A program made the position numbers and the translations under genes. A stretch of 64,000 nucleotides of DNA from an uncultured Gemmatimonadaceae bacterium (GTDB lineage Bacteria > Gemmatimonadota > Gemmatimonadetes > Gemmatimonadales > Gemmatimonadaceae): the NCBI GenBank assembly GCA_963781585.1, contig CAWAGQ010000013.1, positions 128,001 through 192,000 on the forward strand, read 5' to 3'. Below are positions 40,108 to 50,931 of the stretch, one piece after another. Numbering within the stretch: position 1 is the stretch's first letter; every line of letters begins with the position of its first letter. The notes below the pieces were generated by a model. It saw only the letters and a list, made by a program, of their open reading frames with translations. It had not been told where the DNA came from and made no database searches.

Positions 40108-41354
40108 TCGCCGGTCTCATGGCGGCGAGCGCGCTGACCGCCTGCGCGCACGACAAGGGTGCGGCAGCGGCGGGGCCTTACGCCGACAAGGTGGCGGAGA
40201 TCGTCCCCAAGCTCGAGAAGGAGACCGGTCTCAGGTTCAAGACACCGCCAAAGCTCGAGATTCGCACTCACGACGAGGTGAAATCATTCCTGGAGCAGCG
40301 CTTCAACGACGAACTTCCCGCCGAGGAACTGTCGGGGTCAGAACGCGCGTACAAGCGGCTAGGCCTGCTCCCCGACTCGCTCGACCTCCGGGCGTTCATG
40401 CTCAAGCTGCTGGCCGAGCAGGTGATCGGGTACTACGACCCGAAGATGAAGGTGCTGTACGTGGTGCAGGGCGCGGGAGAGGAAAACGTCGTGCTCACCA
40501 TCTCGCACGAACTGGTGCACGCGCTGCAGGACCAGTACTTCAATCTCGATTCGGTCCAGAACAGCCACGACGACAACGACCGGACGTCGGCGGCGCAGGC
40601 GGTGATCGAGGGCCAGGCCACGCTCGATGGCATCGCGGCGATGATCGGAGGTCAGAACTTCGTCACGGCACTTCCCGGGGGCTGGGACCGCATCCGCCAG
40701 ATGATCCGCGAATCGCAGGGCTCGATGCCGGTGTACGCATCGGCGCCGCTGCTGCTGCAGGAGACGCTGATCTTTCCGTATCTGAGCGGTGCCGAATTCA
40801 TGCGCCGGTTCGAGGAGAAGGAACCGGGGAAGCAGCCGTTCGACCGGATGCCGGTGTCGACGGAGCAAGTCCTCCACGAGGACCGGTACTTCGGAGACGG
40901 GCGCGATGAACCGACCACCGTGACGCTCCCTGCGCCGAAGACCGGGAAGCTGGTCTATTCCAACGACCTCGGGGAGTTCGAGACCCGGCTGCTGCTGTTC
41001 CAGTATCTGCGCGACCAGCCGACGGCGGTGCGCGGCGCAGCGGGGTGGGATGGCGACCGGTATCAGCTCATCAGCGTGGGGCGCGACGAGGCTCTGGTGT
41101 GGCTCTCGGTGTGGGATACGTCCATCGACGCCGCCGAGTTCTTCAATGATCTGGATCTCGGCCTGCTCAAGCACTACGCGAGCGTCAAGCCGGAGACGTC
41201 GACCGAGACGCGCCATGCGTACGTTGTGGGCACGCGGACGATGTCGATCGAGATCAGCGAGATCCAGAAGCGCCCGGTGGTGGTGTTCACGGACGTGCCG
41301 CGCGGCATGTCGCCGTCGCTGCTCGACCTCGCGAAGGTCACGCTCAAGGAGTAG
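40092..41354 (+). CDS. Putative zinc-metallopeptidase lipoprotein
   Basis: LTAC lipobox, GYYDP, HELVHALQDQ (HExxH), downstream EG.A and STEQVLH. Confidence 0.75.
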   Translation: MGRRVVAGLMAASALTACAHDKGAAAAGPYADKVAEIVPKLEKETGLRFKTPPKLEIRTHDEVKSFLEQRFNDELPAEELSGSERAYKRLGLLPDSLDLRAFMLKLLAEQVIGYYDPKMKVLYVVQGAGEENVVLTISHELVHALQDQYFNLDSVQNSHDDNDRTSAAQAVIEGQATLDGIAAMIGGQNFVTALPGGWDRIRQMIRESQGSMPVYASAPLLLQETLIFPYLSGAEFMRRFEEKEPGKQPFDRMPVSTEQVLHEDRYFGDGRDEPTTVTLPAPKTGKLVYSNDLGEFETRLLLFQYLRDQPTAVRGAAGWDGDRYQLISVGRDEALVWLSVWDTSIDAAEFFNDLDLGLLKHYASVKPETSTETRHAYVVGTRTMSIEISEIQKRPVVVFTDVPRGMSPSLLDLAKVTLKE

Positions 41355-41355
41355 C

Positions 41356-42765
41356 GTGTCGCGCCAGGGCGCGGACCCGGCGACGCCCGGGCTTCCGACC
41401 ACGACGCCGCCGCGGGCGGGCGAGCCGGTTGCGGCGGCGGCCGGGGCCAGCATTCCGGCGACGCGGCCCCTCGCGAAAACGGACGTCGCCGGCCGCGATC
41501 CCCTGTCGCAACCCGTGTCGTTGCGGCCCGGAGAGGATGAGGTCCGGCAGCGGGCGCTGGACCGGATGAAGCGATGGGCGACCGGGCTCCTGCTGCTGGC
41601 GACGGTGATCTTTCTTGTTGCCCGATGGCTCGAGCCGGCCCATCCCTGGTTAGGCATCATCCGGGCGACCGCCGAGGCGTCGATGGTGGGGGCACTCGCC
41701 GACTGGTTCGCGGTGACCGCGCTGTTCAAGCACCCGCTGGGGATCCGCATTCCGCACACCGCCATCATTCCGGCGCGGAAGGACCGGGTGGGGCAAACGT
41801 TAGGCGCGTTCGTGCAGCGCAATTTCCTCAATCGCGACGTGATCGCGGCCAAGGTGCGGTCCATTCACGCCGCCGAGCGGCTGGCGCGGTGGATGCTGGA
41901 GCCGGAGAACGGGCGGCGGATCGCCCGCCAGCTGGCGCGCGGGCTGGCGACCGGCGCCGAGGTCGTGCGTGACGAGGACGTGCAGCAGCTGTTGCACCGC
42001 ACCGTCACCGACCGCGTGCGCGCGGTGAAAGTCGCGCCGCTCCTTGGGAAGCTGCTGGGCGTGCTGACCGAGGGGAACCGGCACCAGGCGCTGCTGGACG
42101 AAGGGATCCGGATCGCGGCGCGGGCGGTGTCGGGGAATCGCGATCTCATCCGGGAGAGGGTGGAGAGCGAGAGCCCGTGGTGGATCCCCGGTGTGGTGGA
42201 CGAGAAAATAGCCGAGAAGATCTCCGGTGGTCTGGAGCGGACGCTGGCCGATATTCATGCCGATCCCGCGCATCCGCTGCGGCTGCGGTTCGACCACGCG
42301 CTGGAGGAGTTCGTCCAGCGGTTGCAGACGTCTCCCGAGGTGATCGCGCGCGCGGAGGCGATCAAGGAGGAAGTGCTGAGCGCCGAGGTCGTGCGGGCGT
42401 TCACCGGGTCGCTGTGGGGCGATGCGAAGCGCGCGGTGGCGAGGTACGCGGACACCGAGGAAGGTTTCAATCCGGCCGCCGTGCAGCGGGCGCTGAGCGG
42501 ATTCGGCGAGGCGATTCTGTCCGATCCGGCACTGATGGAGAAGATCGACGGATGGCTGACGGAGGCGGCGGTGGCGCTGGTGGACCGGTATCAGGACGAG
42601 GTGGGGGAGCTGATCGCGGGCACGGTGCGGCGCTGGGACCCGGTGGCGACGTCGCGTCGCATCGAACTGGCGATCGGGCGCGATCTGCAGTTCATCCGGA
42701 TCAACGGGACGCTGGTAGGCGGGCTGGCGGGGATGATGCTGTACCTGCTGCAGCGGATGATGTAG
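41356..42765 (+). CDS. DUF445-family membrane protein
   Basis: MK..ATGLL, AEA.MVG.LADWFAVTALFKHP and IE..IGRDLQFIRINGTLVGG; start approximate. Confidence 0.9.
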   Translation: MSRQGADPATPGLPTTTPPRAGEPVAAAAGASIPATRPLAKTDVAGRDPLSQPVSLRPGEDEVRQRALDRMKRWATGLLLLATVIFLVARWLEPAHPWLGIIRATAEASMVGALADWFAVTALFKHPLGIRIPHTAIIPARKDRVGQTLGAFVQRNFLNRDVIAAKVRSIHAAERLARWMLEPENGRRIARQLARGLATGAEVVRDEDVQQLLHRTVTDRVRAVKVAPLLGKLLGVLTEGNRHQALLDEGIRIAARAVSGNRDLIRERVESESPWWIPGVVDEKIAEKISGGLERTLADIHADPAHPLRLRFDHALEEFVQRLQTSPEVIARAEAIKEEVLSAEVVRAFTGSLWGDAKRAVARYADTEEGFNPAAVQRALSGFGEAILSDPALMEKIDGWLTEAAVALVDRYQDEVGELIAGTVRRWDPVATSRRIELAIGRDLQFIRINGTLVGGLAGMMLYLLQRMM

Positions 42766-43109
42766 GTGACCATCCTGAGCGATTGCTGATCATTGTTTGA
42801 TAGGCCCCGCGCCCGGGTGCCGGGCAGCAGGTGCGGGGCCTAGCCGCACCATCGTGGTGTGCATCGATCTCTGGTCCCGATTCCACGCGTTTTGCGAGCA
42901 GTTCTCATCAGAAAGTGACGCTGCCGTGCGGCCGGCGTTTTCTCACCTTGAGGCCACGGATTTCCAATTCTGAGTCTGGCCGAGTGTGCCTGAAGAGCCT
43001 ACCCGTTTACGAGAGACTGGGTCAGCTCCGTTGAGGCCAGGGAACCGTGGCGGCCGACAGCGGGCTCAAGCAAGAAAAGCCAGGGGCATTGAGGTCGGAG
43101 GTCTACACC

Positions 43110-44153
43110 ATGACAAGGGCTAGCTTTGGACAAGGCTACCGCGCGCTGCTTGTGACTGCTGGGGTCGTCGCTCTTGCCTGCTATGACTCCAGTGGTGGTC
43201 CTCCGCCAGTGGGGCCTCCACGCGCGAATCAGGTACTCGCGCGCGATAAGCAGACCTACTCGCCTACCGCCCTTCACGACAGGAACCCGATGGACTGGGT
43301 AGGCCGACTTCATAACGCCATAAGTCGGAGGGTGGTGCAGGAAATAAGCAAACCGGGAACAACTCCGTCACACGTGTGCTCTCGGCTCGCCGCGTGGTTC
43401 GACGATTCAACAGACTTGGCCAAGGTCTCATCGAGACTTTCGTCGATCGGGTCTGCTCCGCTGAAAGCAGCTTGGGCGCGGACGGCATGGTGCCAGGTTG
43501 GGCTCAGCATATCGCGTCACGTGAGCTACTACCGACCTACCTCAATCAGCTCCTCGGTGGCGCTCGATACACTGAGCACGGCTCTCGATTCCGCATTCTC
43601 TCTAGTCGATGCAGCATTGGGTGAGGCTACTGACCCGAATGATCTAGCCTCACGACTGAGCCCTATTCTGGACGGCGCTTCGAGCTTGGGAGAGGACTCA
43701 ACCGCCCTCCAAGGGCAGGTCGCGATCGCCCAGAGCTCCTACGAAGAGTGGTATGCAGGCACGGAGATTGAGGTCTTCGTGGCCCCCATACAGGCGGACA
43801 TGGAACCATGCCTGGAGGGACAACTGGAGCACCAGAACTACGAGCTGGATGGCGTGACGTACACTTGCCTCAATGGGGAGTGGCTAGCAGCGCGGTTCCG
43901 AAATCCGCCGATGCGGCCAGGTCGGATGAAGTTCGTGTCGTATGGCGCTTCGGCGTTCTGCGGCATCAATTGGGAGTCGGTTGCGTGGGCTGACGCTGGT
44001 GCCGGGGTGACGGGGATTACGGTAATGTGGTACACAGGGCAGTTGGGGAATCCCGCCGCGTGGACAGCCTTAGGAGTAACAGTCGCTGGCGTCTCTTCCG
44101 TATCGTCTGTCATCGAAGGTTATAACTTTCTCAAGTGCCTGTTTGCACTCTAG
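43110..44153 (+). CDS. Orphan lipoprotein with Gly/Ala-rich hydrophobic C-terminus
   Basis: ALAC lipobox, NP.D.VG.LHN motif and C-terminal W..VA.AD..AG hydrophobic segment; lower GC than the flanks. Confidence 0.7.
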   Translation: MTRASFGQGYRALLVTAGVVALACYDSSGGPPPVGPPRANQVLARDKQTYSPTALHDRNPMDWVGRLHNAISRRVVQEISKPGTTPSHVCSRLAAWFDDSTDLAKVSSRLSSIGSAPLKAAWARTAWCQVGLSISRHVSYYRPTSISSSVALDTLSTALDSAFSLVDAALGEATDPNDLASRLSPILDGASSLGEDSTALQGQVAIAQSSYEEWYAGTEIEVFVAPIQADMEPCLEGQLEHQNYELDGVTYTCLNGEWLAARFRNPPMRPGRMKFVSYGASAFCGINWESVAWADAGAGVTGITVMWYTGQLGNPAAWTALGVTVAGVSSVSSVIEGYNFLKCLFAL

Positions 44154-44350
44154 CGTCCCCATTCGGGATGGTGCATACCCCTCACCTACAGTCCGTTACC
44201 TGTCATCACCGATCTGAAATTGCTCAGAATCACCGATCGAAATTGCACACTTCCTCCTTCCTGATCCGGGGGGTGCACCGCACGTGATCGGTTGATGCGC
44301 GCTCCCGGATTCCTTCCAAGTTGCGTCTCCCCGTGCTGGTGGAGGCGCCC

Positions 44351-45391
44351 GTGTACGGATGGGAGCGACTTGTGCTACTCAAACACCTGCTGGAGCAAGG
44401 GCTGAAGAAGACCGCCATCGCCGCGCGGCTCGGCGTGAGCCGGCGCGTGATTCACCACTGGCTGCAAACCGGGCAGCTGGACCGCGACGTGGACGCACCG
44501 ATTCCCCCGCGCGTGCGACACACGGGACCGCCGAAGCTCGCGCCCTATCAGGCGATCATCACCGCGCGCCTCGACACGTACCCCGAGCTCAGTGCGGTGC
44601 GGTTGTTCGAGGAGATCCGCGCCGCGGGCTATCCCGGCGGGATCAGTCAGCTGCGCGAGTTCGTGCAGCACGTGCGCCCGCAGCCGCCCCCGGAGGCGAT
44701 CGTGCGCTTCGAGACGCCGCCCGGGCTGCAGGCACAGCTCGACTTCGCGACGTATCGCTTCCCCTGGGGGACGCGCTATGGCTTGCAGATTGTGCTCGGC
44801 TACTCGCGGTTGTTGTGGGTGCAGTTCTATCCGCGCCAGACGATGCGGGTGGTGATGCAGGGACTCGAAGCGGCGTTTGCGTATTTCGGGGGCGTCCCAC
44901 GCGAGATCCTGTTCGATCAGATGAAGGCCGTCATCATCGACGATGGACGGCCGGACGGCGGCAAGCTCCTGGAGAATCCGGAGTTTCTCCGCTTCGCAGC
45001 GCACTGGGGCTTTCGCATTCGGGCCTGTCGGCCCTATCGCGCCCAGACGAAGGGCAAGGTCGAGCGACCGGTGAGTTACATCCGGACGAATCTGATCTAC
45101 GGGCGCGACTTTCTGGGCGATGGCGATCTCAATGCACAGACGCTGACCTGGCTCGAGGTGACGGCGAATGGGCGGATCCACGGCACGACGCACGAGGCGC
45201 CACGGGAACGGTTTGAGCGCGATGAGCGCGCCGTGTTGCTGCCGCTCGCCCTGCGGCCGTATCACGCCCTCGCGCTCCCACCTGAGCGGCGACCGACGTG
45301 CGACCCGGTCCGGCGGACGGGCCGGCCGCTGGTGGTGGTCGAACGGCGCCCCCTCGCGGCGTATGGGCACCTCCTGGAGGGCGAGCGATGA
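44351..45391 (+). CDS. istA: IS21 transposase IstA
   Basis: N-terminal HTH, RFETPPG.QAQ.D, FGGVP...LFDQMK and C.PYR.QTKGKVER; GGAGG RBS before GTG. Confidence 0.95.
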   Translation: MYGWERLVLLKHLLEQGLKKTAIAARLGVSRRVIHHWLQTGQLDRDVDAPIPPRVRHTGPPKLAPYQAIITARLDTYPELSAVRLFEEIRAAGYPGGISQLREFVQHVRPQPPPEAIVRFETPPGLQAQLDFATYRFPWGTRYGLQIVLGYSRLLWVQFYPRQTMRVVMQGLEAAFAYFGGVPREILFDQMKAVIIDDGRPDGGKLLENPEFLRFAAHWGFRIRACRPYRAQTKGKVERPVSYIRTNLIYGRDFLGDGDLNAQTLTWLEVTANGRIHGTTHEAPRERFERDERAVLLPLALRPYHALALPPERRPTCDPVRRTGRPLVVVERRPLAAYGHLLEGER

Positions 45392-46223
45392 AAGCCGCCA
45401 CCCTCTCCCTGCGGGATCGGATCCGCACGCAGCTCGCCGATCTCCGCATGCCGGGCGCGCTTGAAGCCCTCGATGACGTCCTGCAGGAGGTCGACGGCGG
45501 CAAGCTCCCCGGCCCGGTCGCCATCGAGCGGCTGTTAGGCGCACAAATCACGCTCCGCAACAATCGCCGCCTGACCGCGGCGATGCGGTCCTCGCGCCTC
45601 CCGGCGGTGAAGCTGCTCGCCGACTTCGATTTCAGCTTCCAGCCGTCGCTCAAGCGCGAGCAGATCGACAGCCTGCACACGTTAGGCTTCGTCGAGCGGC
45701 GAGAAAACGTGATCCTGCTCGGGCCGCCCGGCGTCGGCAAGAGTCACCTGGCGATCAGCCTCGCGATCGCGGCGGCGCAGAGCGGGCGCCGGGTCTACTA
45801 CGGCACCTTGGCCGATCTCATCACCTCGCTCGAGGAGGCCCAGGCCGCCGGCCGGCTCTCGCAGCGGCTCAAGACGCTCATCTTCCGAGTGTGCTGGTGG
45901 TCGACGAGATCGGCTACCTCCCGATCAGTCGGACCGGGGCGATGCTCTTCTTCCAGCTCATGTCCCGCCGCTACGAACGCGGCAGCAGTGTGCTCACGTC
46001 GAACAAGAGCTTCGAGGAGTGGGGCGAGATCTTCGGCGACGAGGTGATGGCGACCGCGCTCATCGACCGGCTCGTGCACCACTGTCACATCGTCAACATC
46101 CGCGGCAACAGCTACCGGATGAAGAACCACGCCGACCTCTACGCCGCGCTCCGGGCCACGACCCGCGGCGACGCCTCACCCACCCTCAAACGGCCCAGCC
46201 GGCGGGAGGTGGTGGCGCGCTGA
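45388..46223 (+). pseudogene. istB: IS21 helper ATPase IstB with a 1-nt deletion frameshift near 45885
   Basis: GPPGVGKSHLA in one frame; LVVDEIGY, LTSN and DRLVHH in another; TTCCGAGT lacks one C relative to TTC CCG AGT. Confidence 0.88.
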
Positions 46224-46901
46224 CGGCTCGCCCCCAACGTGAGCAATTTCGATCGGTGAAAGTGAGCAATTTCAATCGGTGTTGACACGTTACCACTGAA
46301 ATTCGACACAAAACGACAAGAGAATGAGAGGTCTCAGAGCAACAACGACTACTCCAACTTCCCGGTAGCGGCTACGCCGGCATGTGGACGGGCGTAGGCG
46401 CCGCCACACCGCGAGTGATTAGAACATGGTGGTATTTGGAATTGGGCCGCGCCAGCGCTCAGGTTCTGCGCGCTGGCCTAGCCGACCTGTCTCAGCACGC
46501 CATGTACCGTTGCACGGAGCCACGTTCATGCCGCTCCGAGACATTGCGCCCCAGACCGCTATGCTGCATCCGCTCGCGGGAGCATGACTTCCGGCGGACA
46601 TTGCGAACGATCAGCTTCATCGAGGTCGAAGAGGGTGTGAAGCACCGGCAAGCAGCGTGGCACGCACCGTTCCAACGACCCCCATCGGGCTCCGCACGTC
46701 TCTCGCAAACCCAGCCCAAAGCGGATCCGTGCTACCTGAATCCGACGGAACCAAGTTGAGTTGCTGAATTGCTGATCCCAATCCGCAAACGCCGCCTAAC
46801 AGTCCTCAACATGGGAGCATGTCCTTCTACAAAAAACGCGGCCTTGACCATCGGAGAAGGCTACCTCCGGCTTGCTTTGGCCATGAGGTCTTCGTAGCGT
46901 A

Positions 46902-47513
46902 GTGACTCATCTCAGGGGTCAGGATTTCCCATTGGCCACGGGTCGCGCCGTGTCATCGAAGGGATCCAATGAGCTGAGGTTTACGTTCCCCTTCTCCCTT
47001 CGGGAGCAGGCCCGAGCCATGAAGGCGTCGCTACAACGCGGCCGACTGGGGCGCGGGTGGAAAACGGTGGGCGTCGTCGTTGGAGCGGTGGCGGTCGCTG
47101 ATCTCGCTTTAGGACTCAAGAGTCAAGACTTCGGTCCAGCAATGAGCCATGCGCTCCCACTCTTCGCACTGTCCGTCTTCTGGAGCCAATTCTTCAGGCT
47201 GCTCCCGAAACGCTTTTATGAAAGTATGATACAACGTGCGACGTCCGCGCAGTTGGAGCATCAGGTTCGCATTTTCTCCGCTGACGGGTTCTTCTGCAGC
47301 AGTCCAGCCGGCGCCCAGTTTTACCCTTGGGATGCCGTCCAGGAAGTTGTGGAGACCGATGAATTTCTGCTTCTATACACCGCTTTGGGTCCCTCACAAT
47401 TTGTGCCGAAGCACGCGATTCCGGTTGATCATGAGGTGGCCCTTCGTGAGTTGCTGGCCCGGCGATTTGCTGCGCGGCCGACCGCACTTCGGCTACAGGA
47501 GTGGACCGGCTAG
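46902..47513 (+). CDS. YcxB-like membrane protein
   Basis: Two TM segments followed by W..V..V.ET.E..LLY.....FVPK. Confidence 0.65.
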   Translation: MTHLRGQDFPLATGRAVSSKGSNELRFTFPFSLREQARAMKASLQRGRLGRGWKTVGVVVGAVAVADLALGLKSQDFGPAMSHALPLFALSVFWSQFFRLLPKRFYESMIQRATSAQLEHQVRIFSADGFFCSSPAGAQFYPWDAVQEVVETDEFLLLYTALGPSQFVPKHAIPVDHEVALRELLARRFAARPTALRLQEWTG

Positions 47514-47544
47514 TACATACTTCCGTAGAACGGGACAGACGTAG

Positions 47545-48063
47545 GTGGGAAAACGAACCGTGAATCCTATAATGCGTACCATGTCGCACGTGGCGGTGGC
47601 GGTGGTCTTCGTCGCGTCGCGGGGATTGTCTCAAGGGGTCCCACTCGTCACGCTCTCTCGACCCGAAGCCGTCTTCGCCACTGCGCTTCGCGATGTATCA
47701 GCCGTGCGGGAACTGGGCGACGGGAGCCTGCTGGTTTTGGATCGCGTCGAGGGCACTGTATTGATTCTCGATTCGGGCTATCGCAGGCTCGGCAGGTGGG
47801 AAGGAAAGCTGCTGGTCCACGCGAGTATTCCCTTCGTCGCGCCTGTTCGCGCTGGCAGGCGACAGCTCGGCGGTACTCGATCGTGGCCCAGGTAGGTTGC
47901 TGATTATTACACCCGACGGAAAACCCGGGGGATTTGTCCGGGGCCGCGGTGACGCGACGTGCTCAGGTGGAGTTGGAGCTCGGCCCCAACTCTTCCAAGC
48001 TGTGGATGAGGTCGGTCATTATTACGTGCGGGCAGAACCGGTTGACGTGGCGCCAGGTGGCGA
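47545..48063 (+). pseudogene. Fragmented secreted beta-propeller-like protein
   Basis: Signal-like start and VSAVRELGDGSLLVLD blade motif, then frame breaks; a second fragment (LLII.PDGKP) runs into the lon 3' end. Confidence 0.5.
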
Positions 48064-50519
48064 CTACGTCCCCGCCTCAGCCTCCACCACCCCTTCCGTG
48101 TACCGCGGTGGATGCTCCACCGGCAACTCGCCGGCCTGGAATGCGACTTCGGGCGGGACCTTGGGGAGCAGCGCCAGTCGCAACACTTCGTCCATCGTGG
48201 CCACGAAGGTGAACGCCATGTGCTGCCTGACCTCGTCAGGCACCTCGCGCAGGTCCTTCTGGTTGCCCGACGGCAGGATCACCTCGCGCAGTCCGGCACG
48301 GTAGGCGGCCAGGGTCTTCTCCTTCACACCGCCGATCTCCAGCACCTTGCCGCGCAGCGTGACCTCGCCCGTCAGGGCCACATCGCGCCGGATCGCGCGC
48401 CGGCTCAACACGCTGGCGATGGCCAGCGTGACCGCCACGCCGGCGCTGGGTCCGTCCTTGGGTACCGACCCGGCGGGGAAATGGATGTGAAGGTCCGTTT
48501 CCTTGAAGTCGCGCTCCGGGACGCCCAGCACTTCGGCGCGCGACCGCACGTACGACAGCGCCGCGTCGACCGACTCGCGCATCACGTCGCCGAGCTGCCC
48601 GGTCACCGTCAGCTTTCCTGCGCCCGGCATGCGCAATGCCTCGATGGTCATGATGTCGCCACCGGTGGTGGTCCAGGCCAGCCCCGTGACGGTGCCGATC
48701 TCGGGCTCCTTCTCCGCCTCCTCCGCCGCATAACGAGGCGCGCCCAGGATTTCCTCGACCTTCTCGTTGTCGATCACCCACGCTCCTTCCTCGCCGTCGG
48801 CCTTCTTTCGGGCACGCTTGCGCATCACGGCCGACAGGTTCCGCTCGAACCCTCGCAACCCGGCCTCGCGCGAGTAGCGGCTGGAGACGAACCCCAGCAC
48901 CTCGTCGGTGAACTGGATGTCCTTGTCGGAAATCCCGTGCTCCTCGAGCATCCGCGGCAGGAGATAGCGCCAGGCGATCTCCACCTTCTCTTCCACGGTG
49001 TAGCCGGCGATGCGGATCACTTCCATCCGGTCGCGCAGCGGCGGCGGGATGTCGAACAGGTTGTTGGCGGTGCAGATGAACAGCACCGCCGACAGGTCGA
49101 AAGCGAGATTCAGGTAATGGTCGACGAAGTCGTGGTTCTGTGACGGGTCGAGCACCTCGAGCATCGCTGCTGTCGGATCGCCCGACGCGCCACCGCCGGC
49201 CATCTTGTCGATCTCGTCGATCATCATCACCGGATCCTTGACCGCCACCCGGCGCAGCGCCTGGATGATGAGTCCCGGCATCGCGCCCACGTAGGTGCGC
49301 CGGTGGCCCCGGATCTCGGCCTCGTCGCGCACGCCGCCCACCGCGATCCGGTAGAACGCGCGGCCGATGCTGGTGGCGATCGCCGAGCCTAACGAGGTCT
49401 TGCCGGTCCCCGGGGGACCGACGAAGCAGAGGATGGGGCCGTGCGGGTCGCCCCCGCGCAGCTTGCGGACGGCCAGGAACTCGAGGATCCGTTCCTTGGC
49501 CTCGGTCAGTCCGTAGTGCCGGGTGTCGAGCGCCTCCTCCACCTTCTTGAGCTCGATCTCCTCGTCGCCGGTGCGCCGGTTCCAGGGAGCGAGAGGATCC
49601 AGTCGAGATAGGTGCGGATCACCTGGTACTCGCTCGACGCCGGCGAGAGCATCCGCAGCCGCTCCGTCTCGCGACGCGCTTCCTGTCCCGCGCGCTCGGG
49701 GAGACCCGCCTCGTCCACCCTCTTGAGGAGATCGAGCGCTTCCTTCTCGCCCGGATCGGTCTCGCCCAGCTCCGACTGGATCGCGCGCAGCTGCTGGCGC
49801 AGGTAAAACTCGCGCTGGTGCTGCTCGATCTTGACCTCGGTCTGCTTCTTGACGTCCTCCATCACGCGCGCCCGCGCGACTTCGCGCTCGAGGCGGGTGA
49901 GGATGAAGCGGAGCCGCTGGCCCACGTCGAGGCGCTGGAGCACCTCGTCCTTGTCCGAGATCCGGAAGTTCATGTTGGTCGCCGCCAGGTCGGCGAACCG
50001 GCCGGGGTCGGACACGTTCATCTTCAGGATCTGCGGCACCTCATCAGGGATGCGGTCGACGAGGTCGGCGAGGGTCTCGGCGGCGCTCACGATGCGCGTG
50101 ACCAGGTCATCCAGTTCCGACGGCTCGGCCAGCGTCTCGCGGGCCGGCTTGACCGTCGCGATGGAGTACGGTTCGACCTGGGTGATCGATTCGATCGTGA
50201 TGCGGCGGAGTCCCTGCAGCGTGATCTGGACCGTGTCGCCCGGGAGGTTGATGCGCTCGTGGACGCGCGCCGCCACCCCCACCCTGCCGATGAACGTGGT
50301 GTGGTCGAGCGGTTCGTCCAGGTCGCCGGCGGCGACCACCAGCGCGACGATGAGTCCCGGTTCCTCGTTGTCGCGGAGCAGGGCGAGGTTATCCGGAGCG
50401 CCCATCTGCACGGCGATGGTGCCGAGCGGATAGACGATCGTCGAGCGCAGCGCCATCAGGGGCAGGGATGGCGGGAGCTCGGAGCCGAGGATCTCGTCTT
50501 TGCGTTGGGGACGGGGCAT
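48064..50519 (-). CDS. lon: ATP-dependent Lon protease (frameshift near 49585, possibly sequencing error)
   Basis: N-domain and QREFYLRQQL in one frame; HYGL..KERILE, GPPGTGKTS, GHRRTYVGAMPG, PKDGPSAG (Ser) and IGGVKEK (Lys) in another. Confidence 0.93.
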
Positions 50520-50532
50520 TACATCATCATCA

Positions 50533-50643
50533 GGTCATGGGTCATAGGCCGAATCAACGGCCATAGGCCATAGGTCAACAGGCCATAGGTCAAAGGCCAT
50601 TGGTCAAAGGCCATTGGTCAAAGGCCATTGGTCAAAGGCCATA
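50533..50643. repeat. Heptamer tandem repeats (GGYCAWW), with 14-bp unit GGTCAAAGGCCATT
   Basis: Directly visible immediately upstream of the lon start. Confidence 0.9.
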
Positions 50644-50931
50644 GAGACCAGCGTTCCGAATCGCTGGCGCAGCGTAACACGCGCCAGGGTGCCATGGTAG
50701 CCGATCGTTGATCGCGAGGAAAGTAACGGTACGCCCCGGGAAAGGGTGCCAGCCTGGCTCCCGGACGCGTCCGGACCACGTCTGCCCCGGATGACGCGCC
50801 CACTGCAGGGGACGATGAGGATCGCTGCGGCAAGTCGCGTGAGAGCAAGGGCCTGGGCAGTTGTGACGCTGCGGGGCGAAGTGTAATCGCGGCTTGTGTT
50901 TACGACCACTGCCGATTAACCTCCGGCTCCC

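Larger units (their letters stand above)
44201..46287 (+). mobile_element. IS21-family insertion sequence, 2087 bp, with 7-bp target-site duplication
   Basis: Ends TGTCA(T/A)CACCGAT..GAAATTGCTCA with internal repeated copies; CGTTACC duplicated at 44194-44200 and 46288-46294; encodes istA and istB. Confidence 0.96.

Noticed and set aside
45880..45895. Programmed frameshift in istB
   Set aside because: No slippery heptamer, and it lies mid-ATPase; a single-base loss is the simpler explanation
46295..46900. ORFs to the right of the IS21 (46382..46759 etc.) as an interrupted or immunity gene
   Set aside because: No recognisable motifs or RBS; joining the IS flanks did not restore an evident ORF
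50716..50900. RNase P RNA-like words (GAGGAAAGT...AGGGTGCCAG...GAGCAAGG...CGGCTT), or an SRP RNA, upstream of ffh
   Set aside because: The P4 pairing cannot form, the AGTGCAACAGA and ACAGAA elements are missing, and there is no SRP CAGG-GGAA-AGCA domain. An Rfam scan would settle it.
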